Shown here piece after piece: positions 36,770 to 46,856 of a DNA stretch of 64,000 nucleotides. Position numbers and translations under genes: made by a program. Numbering within the stretch: position 1 is the first letter of the stretch; each line of letters opens with the position of its first letter. This DNA is from a virus. The notes under the pieces were generated by a model, which saw only the letters and a list, made by a program, of their open reading frames with translations, ran no database searches and was not told the DNA's origin. Location of the stretch: positions 1 through 64,000 of the IMG/VR virus record IMGVR_UViG_3300020213_000027; one strand, written 5' to 3'.

Positions 36770-36908
36770 TATGATTGACAAACTATTAAAAGGCTTATTT
36801 ATTTTAGTTATTTGCTTTCTAATCTATTTTACTGGTTGGTGTCAAGGATTTAATCGAGGCTACGATGTTGGAGAACAGATTACTAAGCAGACTTATAGGA
36901 TACAATAA
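36714..36908 (+). CDS. small membrane protein
   Basis: TM segment; likely start at MIDKLL. Confidence 0.45.
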   Translation: MQKLITKTITHLLNFGWINMIDKLLKGLFILVICFLIYFTGWCQGFNRGYDVGEQITKQTYRIQ

Positions 36909-37141
36909 TGTTTAAAAATAATTTCATACAAATATTAGATGTTAATGATAGATCAGTTTGGATAGATTATACAAAGATTATATGTTTACATAAAGATGAA
37001 GGCAACCCAAATCAAATTAGAATCTTCCTGGAAGGTAAACAAATCTGGCTTGATATAAGTATAGATAGCTTTTTTGATATAATAAACAAGCATGAGCATA
37101 ACTTAAAATTTAATAAGTCTTTAGAAGAGATTATTAGTTGA
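36908..37141 (+). CDS. hypothetical protein with FxxKL-like tag
   Basis: ends KFNKSLEEIIS. Confidence 0.55.
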   Translation: MFKNNFIQILDVNDRSVWIDYTKIICLHKDEGNPNQIRIFLEGKQIWLDISIDSFFDIINKHEHNLKFNKSLEEIIS

Positions 37142-37171
37142 CTTTTAATAAAATATAGGTAATATGAATAT

Positions 37172-37414
37172 ATGAGAATTGAAGAATACATTGAGAATCT
37201 AAAACGTGGTGTAGGAATTGCAAAGGCTTTGAGAATTGCAGAAACTAGGATGAAAGAAACCAATCCTAAAAATTGGGAAGGAATTCCTAGAAGTGTAGTT
37301 TACTTTGTAAAAGATAAGAGACAAAAAGACCAACTAGATGTAAAACATCTTACTTATCTACATAACTGGTGGACAGCGGTTTATTTTAATATGAAAAAGA
37401 AATATGGTAACTAA
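37172..37414 (+). CDS. hypothetical protein
   Basis: ORF after TTGACT..TAATAT. Confidence 0.55.
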   Translation: MRIEEYIENLKRGVGIAKALRIAETRMKETNPKNWEGIPRSVVYFVKDKRQKDQLDVKHLTYLHNWWTAVYFNMKKKYGN

Positions 37415-37567
37415 TTTAATATTGACTCTAATTTGGTCTGTGATTATAAGTATTCTTGGTAATATTTATGGTCTATCTTTCTCTACAAGATTACTAATGG
37501 TTGTTGTTGGTGGTTCAATTGTAGGAATTCTATTACCTATTAAACCTAAGAAATAAAGGAAAAACTT

Positions 37568-37828
37568 GTGAATTTTAATGATGAATTCGAATATGAAGCT
37601 AATGACGATCAACTTTTTTATGTAGAAGTTCAAGGTGAAGTTTCAGATGGTGAAACTCATATCCAAGAAGTTACTATTTCTGATGGAGTAAATAAGATCG
37701 AATCTGATCATCCTTTGTTTGAAGAAATTTATGCAGAGGCTTTGAATAGGGAATATGAACCAGAAGTTCATGGACGAGATTTTGATTATTATGATTCTGA
37801 TTTTAATAATTTTCTAAAAGAGACGTGA
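37568..37828 (+). CDS. highly acidic small protein
   Basis: D/E-rich 86 aa, AAGGA RBS. Confidence 0.55.
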   Translation: MNFNDEFEYEANDDQLFYVEVQGEVSDGETHIQEVTISDGVNKIESDHPLFEEIYAEALNREYEPEVHGRDFDYYDSDFNNFLKET

Positions 37829-38005
37829 TTGGAAATTAAAAAAGAGGATATAGTAAAAACACATTTAAGACCTGGAGATTATTTCTTTGTCTTAAAAAGA
37901 AAAAAAGACATGATCTTAATTTCTACATATAATTTAGGAAATCATTGGATTAGAGATATATTTTTTGAGCTTGTGACTTCCATTTTCCGAAGGAGAAAAT
38001 CTTGA
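37829..38005 (+). CDS. 58-aa member of the ..DIV...[ST]xxFR family (not in ORF track)
   Basis: EIKKEDIV...FELVTSIFR; fills the gap exactly. Confidence 0.55.
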   Translation: MEIKKEDIVKTHLRPGDYFFVLKRKKDMILISTYNLGNHWIRDIFFELVTSIFRRRKS

Positions 38006-38472
38006 CTTTATTATCTTTTGTATTAATGACTTATGCCATGGCTTATGATAAACCTTCAATTTCAAACATGCTTAAAGCTGCAGAGATCAAATATGAGATA
38101 CCTGAAGGACTATTGGTAGCTATAGCTGAAGTTGAGTCGGGAGGTAATCCTAGGGCATTTGTGGCAGAGGATGGCAACTCAGGATTAGCTTCTCATGGAT
38201 TGTTACAAGTTCAATTAGCATCAGCCAAAACAGTTGGATTTAAAGGTAAATCAAAAGAGTTGATGAGACCTGATGTTAATATTGAATATGGAGCTGCTTA
38301 TTTTAAATGGTTATTAGAAACTCATAATAAAGACTTGTCATGGGCATTAACTTGTTATAATGTAGGTGTAGGACATAGAATGTGCAAGAATAAGAAATAT
38401 TCAAATTATCCTGCAAAAGTTCTAAATGCCTATGTTAAGTATAACCTAAGGAGTTTAAATGTATCTAATTAA
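38002..38472 (+). CDS. lytic transglycosylase (SLT domain), second copy
   Basis: AIAEVESGG, SHGLLQV, NIEYGAAYF, ALTCYNVG. Confidence 0.85.
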   Translation: MTLLSFVLMTYAMAYDKPSISNMLKAAEIKYEIPEGLLVAIAEVESGGNPRAFVAEDGNSGLASHGLLQVQLASAKTVGFKGKSKELMRPDVNIEYGAAYFKWLLETHNKDLSWALTCYNVGVGHRMCKNKKYSNYPAKVLNAYVKYNLRSLNVSN

Positions 38473-38694
38473 TAAAGATTTTAGTGACCAACCAATTTCA
38501 GTTATTAAACTACCAAATGGTGGATATAGATTTTATCCAATGAATATTGAAGCAATTACAGTCTTTCTTGAATTTGAAAGAGAAAAAAAGACTAAAAAAG
38601 AACTTAATCATTGTGGTGCGGTTTAAAATTTGTGATATTAGCAATATTCGTAGTTGTAGTTATTTTACTTCTATTATGGTTTTAAAAGGATTAT

Positions 38695-39108
38695 ATGACA
38701 CCTGAATATGAAAAAGAGATTCGAGATTTATTGTCAGAAGACTGGTTTATTGATAATCCAAATAGTGAGGTAAATGAATTCATTCAAGAGCTTTTTGTTG
38801 AAATCGATAGATTGAGAGAAGAGTTATTAGAAAATAAATCACTAGATGATGCCGTTAAATATCTACAAAAATCTACAGCTCAAGCAAATTATAGTCAAAA
38901 ATTAGAAACTAAACTTGATATCCTTTCTACAGACTTAGTCAACAGAGAAGCTATTATAGGTACGCTTAAGTATAAGCTCGATTTGGCCGTGGCGGCCGCA
39001 GAAACCATTATATCATGGTGTGAAGATCCTGATCGCTGTAAAATTGCTGAATGTCAAATAGCAAGAGATGCCCTATTAAAGATTCGAGATGTTCATGGAA
39101 AAGATTAA
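38695..39108 (+). CDS. hypothetical protein
   Basis: ORF with RBS. Confidence 0.55.
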   Translation: MTPEYEKEIRDLLSEDWFIDNPNSEVNEFIQELFVEIDRLREELLENKSLDDAVKYLQKSTAQANYSQKLETKLDILSTDLVNREAIIGTLKYKLDLAVAAAETIISWCEDPDRCKIAECQIARDALLKIRDVHGKD

Positions 39109-39331
39109 ATATAAGGAAGGAGATAGAGTTATCATTGATGGAATAGAAGCCGAAGTTTGCGCGATTTCTAGGAGTGGGTATGCTTATCTAGTTCCTTTAA
39201 ATGATGGAGATCTTTATCATTCTGAGTACACTTTAAAAGGTGTAGTATTTGCAATTTTAAATACTAAGGGTAAAGATAGATATGGAAAAAGGGCTCAATC
39301 AATGATTAAAACTAATTGTGGAGCAGTATGA
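39089..39331 (+). CDS. hypothetical protein (KYKEGDRV start)
   Basis: ORF in operon. Confidence 0.5.
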   Translation: MFMEKIKYKEGDRVIIDGIEAEVCAISRSGYAYLVPLNDGDLYHSEYTLKGVVFAILNTKGKDRYGKRAQSMIKTNCGAV

Positions 39332-39912
39332 ATAAACTTTATTATTTTCTTCCAGCTTTCTTTTTATTAACTTGTGCACCCCAAATATTGAATAGTTGTT
39401 TAGTAACAAAGATCAATGGTGTTTATATGGTAAAATGTCCAGATGGATCTTCTACTGAATTTAAGGATGGACAGAATGGCCACTCAGTAGTATTTAATAT
39501 TGCTTCTGCTGCAAAAACTCAATGTGTTAATGGTGGATCTATTCTTCTTATTGCAACAGATAAGAATGATAATGCTATATATGATAATGAAGATACCAAT
39601 GTACAATCTGCAGTTATTTGTAATGGTGCTAATGGATCAGATGGCACTAATGGAACAAATGGTACTAATGCTCCCCCAACCCCCTTCACTCCTGTAGGAC
39701 TTATAGATCCTTGTGGTAATGCTCCAAATATCTATGATGAGGTGTTTCTTAAATTGGCAGATGGAACTTTACTAGCCAGTTTTTCAGATAACGCAAATGG
39801 GAAAAATACTAGATTTAGTATTATTACTTCTGGAAACTATATGACAACAGATGGATCAAACTGTTATTTTTCTGTAGACAATAATGGAAATATTTATAAT
39901 GAACATTACTAA
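39316..39912 (+). CDS. putative lipoprotein with short collagen-like GxN repeat
   Basis: LLTC lipobox-like; CNGANGSDGTNGTNGTN. Confidence 0.6.
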   Translation: MWSSMNKLYYFLPAFFLLTCAPQILNSCLVTKINGVYMVKCPDGSSTEFKDGQNGHSVVFNIASAAKTQCVNGGSILLIATDKNDNAIYDNEDTNVQSAVICNGANGSDGTNGTNGTNAPPTPFTPVGLIDPCGNAPNIYDEVFLKLADGTLLASFSDNANGKNTRFSIITSGNYMTTDGSNCYFSVDNNGNIYNEHY

Positions 39913-40285
39913 AAAATCCTTTCAAGAAATAGCTGATGATGTATTAGAAACACACAAAGAACTATTTGAAAACTTAGCCTCTATAGAAAGACTTGAAAAA
40001 ACTAACCCCTCTCAAAAGGAATTAGAAATAGCTCGATGGCTTCTTGATAACAAAAAAGAGTTATCAGAGAAAGTACAAGAGCACCATAATAAGGCCTATC
40101 ACTTACTTCCTGATTCATTAATTGATATTTATATGGATAATTTTAGTAATAAAGGCGTTGATATTATTAAAAATGAAATACAAGATATTTTTAACTTGAC
40201 TCCAGAAGAGATGTGTAGTATTTTAACTAAAGAGTTCATAAAAACTGTTCTGGGTAAAGAATTTCTAGAACCAACAAAAGGATAA
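39884..40285 (+). CDS. hypothetical protein
   Basis: ORF in operon. Confidence 0.5.
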   Translation: MEIFIMNITKKSFQEIADDVLETHKELFENLASIERLEKTNPSQKELEIARWLLDNKKELSEKVQEHHNKAYHLLPDSLIDIYMDNFSNKGVDIIKNEIQDIFNLTPEEMCSILTKEFIKTVLGKEFLEPTKG

Positions 40286-40289
40286 TAAA

Positions 40290-40577
40290 ATGGCTGAACG
40301 AGTAAGATATAAAAAGATGAGTGATAGTTTGCTAGAATCTGTGAGAGTATTTTCGCATCCAACTAATGGTGCACAATATAAAGTATTGATCAATAAAGCA
40401 GAAGATCAATGGCTAGTAGTTGATGCTGAAACTGAAATAGTTGCAGCAAGCGGAAGAAACACTAATGTTAATAAGCTTCAGCTAGCAGCTAGAGAAGCTC
40501 TTGTAAATTTGGGAGTTACTCTTCATACAGAGAAGAGACGAGAAAGAACTAAAAAGACTGCTACCGCTTCAGTATAA
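40290..40577 (+). CDS. hypothetical protein
   Basis: ORF with RBS. Confidence 0.55.
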   Translation: MAERVRYKKMSDSLLESVRVFSHPTNGAQYKVLINKAEDQWLVVDAETEIVAASGRNTNVNKLQLAAREALVNLGVTLHTEKRRERTKKTATASV

Positions 40578-40585
40578 GGTCGCGT

Positions 40586-43309
40586 ATGTTTCAACCAACA
40601 GGATTTGCTCAAGAGATATTTCGAGATCGTTATGCATTCACTCCAACGGAAACATGGGAACAATGTGCCCTTCGTGTTGCGGAACAAATGGCAAGAGCAG
40701 AAGTTCCAGAGAAACAAAAGATTTACTTAGATAAGTTTTATAATATTTTAGTAAATAACTTCTTTGTTCCTGGAGGAAGAATATTATATAACTCTGGAAG
40801 AAATAATCCTCAACTTTTAAATTGCTTTGTATTAGGTGATAAACTTGATAGTAAAGAAGGTTGGGGAAATGTAGCCAAAGAAATGGTTATCACAAGTATG
40901 ACGGGCGGCGGATGTGGCATTGATTATTCAGATGTGCGTCCTAAAGGTGCTTCTATAACTGGACAGAAAGGCGAATGTCCTGGTCCAGTTGAGCTTATGA
41001 AGCTTGTAGATGGTTGTGCAAAGCCTGTACGTGCAGGAGGCCAAAGGCGAGTCGCCTTAATGTTTAGTCTAGATTTAGACCATCCTGATGTGTTAGAATT
41101 CCTAGATGCCAAATTAGAAAAAGGTATGCTAACTCATGCCAACGTATCTGTACGATCTAAAAAAACTTCCAAATTTATTAAAGCAATTAAGGAAGATGGA
41201 GATTGGGAATTGTCATGGAAAGGCAAATACAAAAAAACTATTAAAGCTAAAGAACTTTGGAATAAAATTGTCCAAAATGCTTATGATTCTGCTGAACCAG
41301 GATTTCTTAATTGGGAATTAGTTTCTAATGAATCAAATATTGGATATGTTGAAGATTTGGTTACTACTAATCCATGTGTTATAGGGGAAACAGAAATATT
41401 AACTAAAGATGGATATACTAGAATTGATAGTCTAGTTAATCAAGAAGTTGAAATTTGGAATGGATTTGAATGGAGTAAAGTTACACCCAAAATTACAGGA
41501 AAAAATCAATCGGTAGTAACTGTTTTATTAAGTAATGGTTTGAGCTTAACTTGCACAGATTACCATAGATTTGAGATAGCTACTAATTATACAGGAAATC
41601 AAAAATCTATCTTAGCAAAAGATTTAGAGCCTGGAATGAAACTTATTAAACATAATTTTCCTATTATAGAACATGGGGCTAATTTACGAGATGCTTATAC
41701 TCAAGGATTTGTGGCAGCAGAAGGAATGGAACTAAATAAAACCTTGTATGTTTATAAACCTAAAGAGATCTGTATAAGTAGATTAGAAGGTATTAAAAAA
41801 TCTAGTTGGGAAGAAAATAATAAAAGATTCAGAATTATATTAAAAGAAATTCCCTATTCTAAAAATTTTGTACCAATTGAATATAATCTAAAATCAAAAT
41901 TAGATTGGCTTGCCGGATTGTTTGATGGTGATGGGTGTGAGCTAAAAGAAGGAGGACTACAATTAGTATCAGTTAATAGATCTTTTTTACTAAATTTACA
42001 AAAATTACTTACTACAGTTGGAATTTCTTCAAAAATATTACTATTTCATTCTGAAGGTATGCGAATGATGCCTAATCATAAGGGAGGCAATCAAGAATAC
42101 TTTTGTAAAGAATCATATAGAATATGTATAGGAGCATTTCAAATACAAGAACTTAAAAAATTAGGATTTAAATGTGAGAGACTAAAATTTGAAAAATCTC
42201 CTAATAGAGACGCTTCTCAATTTGTTACTGTAGTAGATGTTACTGATTCTGGTATAGCCGACACAGTTTATTGTTTCAATGAGCCCTTAAAACATTTAGG
42301 CATTTTTAATGGGATTATAACTGGTCAATGTGGAGAAATTGCTTTATCTTCTTATGATTGTTGTTGTCTTGGCCATCTTGTTTTACCTCGTTTTATTACC
42401 AATTCTAGTATTGATTATGCTTTGCTTGCTGATGTTATTCGTGCTTCAGTTAGATTCTTAGACAATGTCTTAACCGTTAATTCTTATCCTCTTCAAGAAA
42501 TGAGAGATAAATCTCATAAACTTAGAAGAATCGGGCTTGGAACAACAGGACTAGCTGATACGTTAACAATGTTAGGACTTCAATATGGAAGTGAAGAAGG
42601 TAATAAGTTTTTAGATAAACTTTATAGATTCATTTCCAAAATTGCTTATGAGACTTCTGTAATGCTCGCAGTTGAAAAAGGTATGTTTCCGGCATGTGAT
42701 CCCGATAAGCATGTAGAATCTGATTTTATGAGAAGAATGCCTAATAAGATTAGATCTTTAGTTCGTGAACATGGGATTAGAAATTGTGCTATATTAACTC
42801 AAGCTCCAACAGGAACAGTTAGCATTCTTTCAGGAAACTGTAGCTCAGGAATTGAGCCTATGTTTGCTCCAGTATATGAACGTAGATTTTGGAAAGATAA
42901 TGAAAGAAAAATTGAACTTGTATTTCATCCTTTATTTGAACAATATATGAAGCAAGGAAAAGATGTCAGGCATTTTATTGGTTCACACAATCTTTCTGTG
43001 AAGGATCACCTAGAAGTACAGCGTATTGTACAAAACCATGTTGATAATGCAGTTTCAAAAACGATAAATATTCCTAACACTTATTTAATAGAAGATATGG
43101 AAAGACTTTGGTTAAAATATTTGCCATATTTAAAGGGCACCACTTTTTATAGAGAAGGAACTAGAGGATATATTGATGAGAAAGGGGTAGAACACCTACC
43201 TCCATTAACCCCACTTTCTTTAGAAGAAGGTGTTGCCAGATTTAAAGAGTCGCATAAAATCAATTCTGAAACTGTTGATGATTGTATTTCTGGAATTTGT
43301 GAAATATGA
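40586..43309 (+). CDS. nrdJ: class II (B12-dependent) ribonucleotide reductase with intein
   Basis: PGGRIL, LLNCFV, GGGCG, TNP[intein]CGE, RRIGLG, APTGT, SSGIEP, C-terminal CISGIC; no NrdB in the window. Confidence 0.9.
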   Translation: MFQPTGFAQEIFRDRYAFTPTETWEQCALRVAEQMARAEVPEKQKIYLDKFYNILVNNFFVPGGRILYNSGRNNPQLLNCFVLGDKLDSKEGWGNVAKEMVITSMTGGGCGIDYSDVRPKGASITGQKGECPGPVELMKLVDGCAKPVRAGGQRRVALMFSLDLDHPDVLEFLDAKLEKGMLTHANVSVRSKKTSKFIKAIKEDGDWELSWKGKYKKTIKAKELWNKIVQNAYDSAEPGFLNWELVSNESNIGYVEDLVTTNPCVIGETEILTKDGYTRIDSLVNQEVEIWNGFEWSKVTPKITGKNQSVVTVLLSNGLSLTCTDYHRFEIATNYTGNQKSILAKDLEPGMKLIKHNFPIIEHGANLRDAYTQGFVAAEGMELNKTLYVYKPKEICISRLEGIKKSSWEENNKRFRIILKEIPYSKNFVPIEYNLKSKLDWLAGLFDGDGCELKEGGLQLVSVNRSFLLNLQKLLTTVGISSKILLFHSEGMRMMPNHKGGNQEYFCKESYRICIGAFQIQELKKLGFKCERLKFEKSPNRDASQFVTVVDVTDSGIADTVYCFNEPLKHLGIFNGIITGQCGEIALSSYDCCCLGHLVLPRFITNSSIDYALLADVIRASVRFLDNVLTVNSYPLQEMRDKSHKLRRIGLGTTGLADTLTMLGLQYGSEEGNKFLDKLYRFISKIAYETSVMLAVEKGMFPACDPDKHVESDFMRRMPNKIRSLVREHGIRNCAILTQAPTGTVSILSGNCSSGIEPMFAPVYERRFWKDNERKIELVFHPLFEQYMKQGKDVRHFIGSHNLSVKDHLEVQRIVQNHVDNAVSKTINIPNTYLIEDMERLWLKYLPYLKGTTFYREGTRGYIDEKGVEHLPPLTPLSLEEGVARFKESHKINSETVDDCISGICEI
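41375..42328 (+). mobile_element. 318-aa intein with LAGLIDADG domain, inserted before the RNR active-site Cys, ending in Gln
   Basis: CVIGETEILT...CTDYHRF...WLAGLFDGDG...VYCFNEP...IITGQ|CGE. Confidence 0.9.
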
Positions 43310-43578
43310 TTTACAAAGGCTTACAGCTCAAAGTAAAAGATAATCATGGATATTTTAGATCCGCAACAGTTCTAGATCCTGTAGATCTATCTCATTCTGA
43401 AGAATGTTTATGGTGGGTTCAATACAGTGTAGATGATAATACAGAAGTCACTGTAGTAAGTGAAAATGACTTAATAAATTGGAATAGAGTATTTCACTGT
43501 GTTTGTGGCTCTGAAAAAGTAGGAATTTCAAATAGACATTCCTATTGGTGTGCCAAATATGAAAAATTTAGAGTATAA
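43306..43578 (+). CDS. hypothetical protein
   Basis: CVCG...HSYWC C-terminal motif. Confidence 0.5.
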   Translation: MIYKGLQLKVKDNHGYFRSATVLDPVDLSHSEECLWWVQYSVDDNTEVTVVSENDLINWNRVFHCVCGSEKVGISNRHSYWCAKYEKFRV

Positions 43579-43699
43579 ATCTAAGGATAATGTTCTATAT
43601 CCTGAATTTAAAAAGAAAAAAGTCTCTAATTTTATTATAAATGTCTATATGGCATTTGTATTCATTTTTACTTTCATATTACCATTTATTATTATCTAT

Positions 43700-43729
43700 T
43701 TGACATTGTAGTTATTAAAGTGCTATAAT
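43700..43729 (+). promoter_or_regulatory. sigma70-like promoter upstream of the recombination genes
   Basis: TTGACA-18 nt-TATAAT with TG extension. Confidence 0.55.
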
Positions 43730-43898
43730 CATATTTTATGAAAGAATTTAGTTTTATTTGTTTATATTGTAATCATAAATGGAAAGAGTACTTATATATA
43801 CTTCTTTCCAGTAGAAAATGTCCAATTTGTACAGATAAGAATTTAATCATAAAAGAAGTAAATGATGATAAAACAGTGGACTATTATGGAAAGAAAAA

Positions 43899-45002
43899 AT
43901 GACACAAAAACTATCATTTAGTGCAATAAATACATATACACAATGCGGTAGAAAATATGAGCTTCGTTATAAGAAGAATCTAAGAGGTAAGTATTTTCAT
44001 GCAGCTTTAGCATTTGGATCTGCAATTGATTCTTCTCTCAATGAGCTTCTATTAACTAAGGATTTATCTAAAGCAAAATTAGTATTTGACAAACAATGGA
44101 ATTTTCAATTTATTAATAAGAAATATACGTCTTTACCAAGTTATACGGACATAGTTTATGCTGAAGCTGATTTTGATGAAGAATTATTAACTGATGCTGA
44201 TAAGAATGATTTGCATGTAACTCTTTTAAATTTAAATGTTGATGGAACTTATTTAGAAATATATAATAATGTTCTAGAAGAGAAAAAAAGCAAAGGCTGG
44301 GATAATTTAACTCTAGAAAAAAGAAAATTCTTTAATTATACTAATTGGCTATCCTTAAGACAAAAAGGATATATAATGCTAGAAAGCTATAATAAAAAAG
44401 TTATGCACCAAATAGAAGAGGTCCTTGCTGTTCAAAAGGAAAATTATCTTCAAAACTCAGATGGTGATAAGGTAGTTCAATATTTAGATTTAATTGTAAG
44501 GTGGAAAGATGGACAAAGCATATTATTTGACAATAAAACTAGCGCTAGGGACTATGACATGGATAGCGCTGCACGCAGCCCGCAGCTCATCAGCTATTAT
44601 CATGGCGCTAAAGAAGAATATGGATTAAATGCCATAGGCTTCATAGTTTTAAAGAAAAATATACTTAAAAATAGACAAAAGATATGCAGCATTTGTATCA
44701 ATGATGGAAGTGGAGGTCGTCATAAGACTTGTGATGCTACTATCAATGGAAAACGTTGTAATGGTAAATGGAATGAAAGAATCGACCCAGAAGCTAGCAT
44801 CCAAATTGTTATTAATAAAGTAACAGACGTAGCTGAAAATTTAGTACTTGAAACCTTTAATGAAGCTAATGATGGAATTAAAAAAGGTAATTTTTATAGG
44901 AATTTATCAGCATGTCAAAATGGACCTATAATTTGTGAGTATAAGAATCTTTGTTGGAAGAATGATTCTAGTGAAATTGTAGATATGAGTAATGAAAAAT
45001 GA
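43899..45002 (+). CDS. PD-(D/E)XK exonuclease (RecB/Cas4-like)
   Basis: LSFSAINTYTQC, YLDL...FDNKT, QLISY, C-terminal C..C....C. Confidence 0.8.
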   Translation: MTQKLSFSAINTYTQCGRKYELRYKKNLRGKYFHAALAFGSAIDSSLNELLLTKDLSKAKLVFDKQWNFQFINKKYTSLPSYTDIVYAEADFDEELLTDADKNDLHVTLLNLNVDGTYLEIYNNVLEEKKSKGWDNLTLEKRKFFNYTNWLSLRQKGYIMLESYNKKVMHQIEEVLAVQKENYLQNSDGDKVVQYLDLIVRWKDGQSILFDNKTSARDYDMDSAARSPQLISYYHGAKEEYGLNAIGFIVLKKNILKNRQKICSICINDGSGGRHKTCDATINGKRCNGKWNERIDPEASIQIVINKVTDVAENLVLETFNEANDGIKKGNFYRNLSACQNGPIICEYKNLCWKNDSSEIVDMSNEK

Positions 45003-45325
45003 ATAAACTAATTTGGTATCCAATTACTAAAAAAACATACACTCATAAAAAAGCTTTAAATTATGCTAAAGCTAGAGGATTAAGATTACCAACTGTTGAA
45101 GAAATTAAAGAAGCTATTAAAAATAAAGAAGATTTAGGTAAAGTTTCATTCTGGTCATCGGAGGTTCATCCAGATGGTCCCGAATTCGCCTTCGTCTTCT
45201 TGGACGATGGCTATATTCTCAGCGACAATCGTGACTTTGGCTTATCGGTGCGCTGCGTGGAGACTGAGAAAGAAAAGTATAATAAAGAATTTAAAAATAA
45301 GCTTGATAATTTAATAAATGAATAG
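44999..45325 (+). CDS. DUF1566/C-type-lectin-like protein with DGR-type variable region and FxxKL tag
   Basis: RLPTVEE, FWSS, SVRCV; GC-rich 45149-45260; ends EFKNKLDNLINE. Confidence 0.65.
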   Translation: MNKLIWYPITKKTYTHKKALNYAKARGLRLPTVEEIKEAIKNKEDLGKVSFWSSEVHPDGPEFAFVFLDDGYILSDNRDFGLSVRCVETEKEKYNKEFKNKLDNLINE

Positions 45326-45746
45326 TATAATAAACATATTAGAACGACTGATAGGATTTTTAAGGAGAATATCGATGGCCAGACCTAAAACAATAACACT
45401 TGAGCATGGAACAGTTTCACTTCAAGGATTTCCAAAAGAAGTATCCGAAGCTCTTGCTGAACATATTAAGAACTATGGAAAACCTGCTTCAACAGAAGCA
45501 ACTACATCTACAGTTTCTATTCCCACTTCTTCTGTAACAACACCAATCCCTGTCAATCAAGTTAGTTCTGAACTAACTGACACAGCTGTGGGAGTTAGAC
45601 AGATTGGTAATAAATATGAACTAGTTCTAGTAAAATATAATGCACAGACTAAAGATGCCAGTGTGCTAACTGTAGAGCCCTATGAATTTAGAAGAGAGGC
45701 TATTATGAAGTTTAAGATGAAAGCTTCTGAATTGAATTTTGTTTAA
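45318..45746 (+). CDS. hypothetical protein
   Basis: ORF; likely start at MARPK after AAGGAG. Confidence 0.55.
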   Translation: MNSIINILERLIGFLRRISMARPKTITLEHGTVSLQGFPKEVSEALAEHIKNYGKPASTEATTSTVSIPTSSVTTPIPVNQVSSELTDTAVGVRQIGNKYELVLVKYNAQTKDASVLTVEPYEFRREAIMKFKMKASELNFV

Positions 45747-45750
45747 TTTC

Positions 45751-45882
45751 GTGAATATTATTAAAGATATAATAGAATTAAGAAAAATAGGATGCAAATT
45801 AATTGATATAGCCAATAGCTATAAAATTAATAGGTCTTATTTAAGTAGAATTATTAAAAGACAAGTTAGAAGGGATATATAA
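45751..45882 (+). CDS. 43-aa HTH-like peptide, possible homing-endonuclease remnant (not in ORF track)
   Basis: IIELRKIG...DIANSYKINRSYLSRIIK. Confidence 0.35.
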   Translation: MNIIKDIIELRKIGCKLIDIANSYKINRSYLSRIIKRQVRRDI

Positions 45883-46538
45883 TGAGCGGTTTAATTTATA
45901 AAAAAATGGCAAGTGTTATGCAAGAAATTGGTCCTGTGACAAAGGATCAAAAAAATGTAGCTCAAGGATTTAAATTTCGAGGAATTGATCAATTTGTTAA
46001 TGCTCTTCATCCAGCTTTAGTTAAACATGGAGTTTTTATGGCACCAAGAGCAACTTCATATACACAAGAACTTAAAGAAGTACAAAGAAGTAGCGGAAAA
46101 AATGGCATTGATAAACATGTTAGTATTATGATGGAATATGATTTTTTTGCTGAAGATGGAAGTAAAGTTACTATTGGGCCTATTCCAGCAGAGGGTCTCG
46201 ATAGTGGAGATAAAGCAACAAACAAAGCTCTTTCTGCAGCTTTGAAATATGCGCTTATTCAAACATTTGCTGTACCTACAGAAGATATGGAAGAAGCTGA
46301 TAAAACTAGTCCAGAAATAAATTCATTCACTAAGACTAAACCAACAGCAAAACAAGAAGAACCAACTTCAATTACAGTAATTAATGGAATAGGGACAGTA
46401 GGAAAAGTTACTCTTGATACTACACTTTCTGGACCAAATACACCAGCTACCCCAGTCTCTTCTCCTAAATCAGGATTTGCTAGCTTTAAAGCAAATGGAT
46501 CAGCTGGACCAGCTAAAACTTCTAACGGAATATTTTAA
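45882..46538 (+). CDS. ERF-family single-strand annealing protein
   Basis: FKFRGID, EGLDSGDKATNKALSAALKYAL. Confidence 0.85.
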   Translation: MSGLIYKKMASVMQEIGPVTKDQKNVAQGFKFRGIDQFVNALHPALVKHGVFMAPRATSYTQELKEVQRSSGKNGIDKHVSIMMEYDFFAEDGSKVTIGPIPAEGLDSGDKATNKALSAALKYALIQTFAVPTEDMEEADKTSPEINSFTKTKPTAKQEEPTSITVINGIGTVGKVTLDTTLSGPNTPATPVSSPKSGFASFKANGSAGPAKTSNGIF

Positions 46539-46547
46539 GGAATTTTT

Positions 46548-46856
46548 ATGAATGCAGCAGATGCCAAAAAAGCAGCTTTAACAAATAAGAAACAAATGGA
46601 AGATAATCTTAAGCTTAAACAACAAAAAGCTAAAAATGCTGATGTTATTCTTTTATTGAACCATTTCAATACTAAAATTGAAGAAGCAGTTAATAAAGGA
46701 AGACTTAGCATTGATGTTGTTGAATTTCCTATAGATAGATTTTCAGATGATATTGTTAGGGAAGTAGCCGAGCATCTTCAGATTGAAGGCTACCGTCTTA
46801 GTATGGAGAAGCATAATGCATATCATACAATTAAATTCAATATTGGATGGGCATAA
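46548..46856 (+). CDS. hypothetical protein
   Basis: ORF with RBS. Confidence 0.55.
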   Translation: MNAADAKKAALTNKKQMEDNLKLKQQKAKNADVILLLNHFNTKIEEAVNKGRLSIDVVEFPIDRFSDDIVREVAEHLQIEGYRLSMEKHNAYHTIKFNIGWA

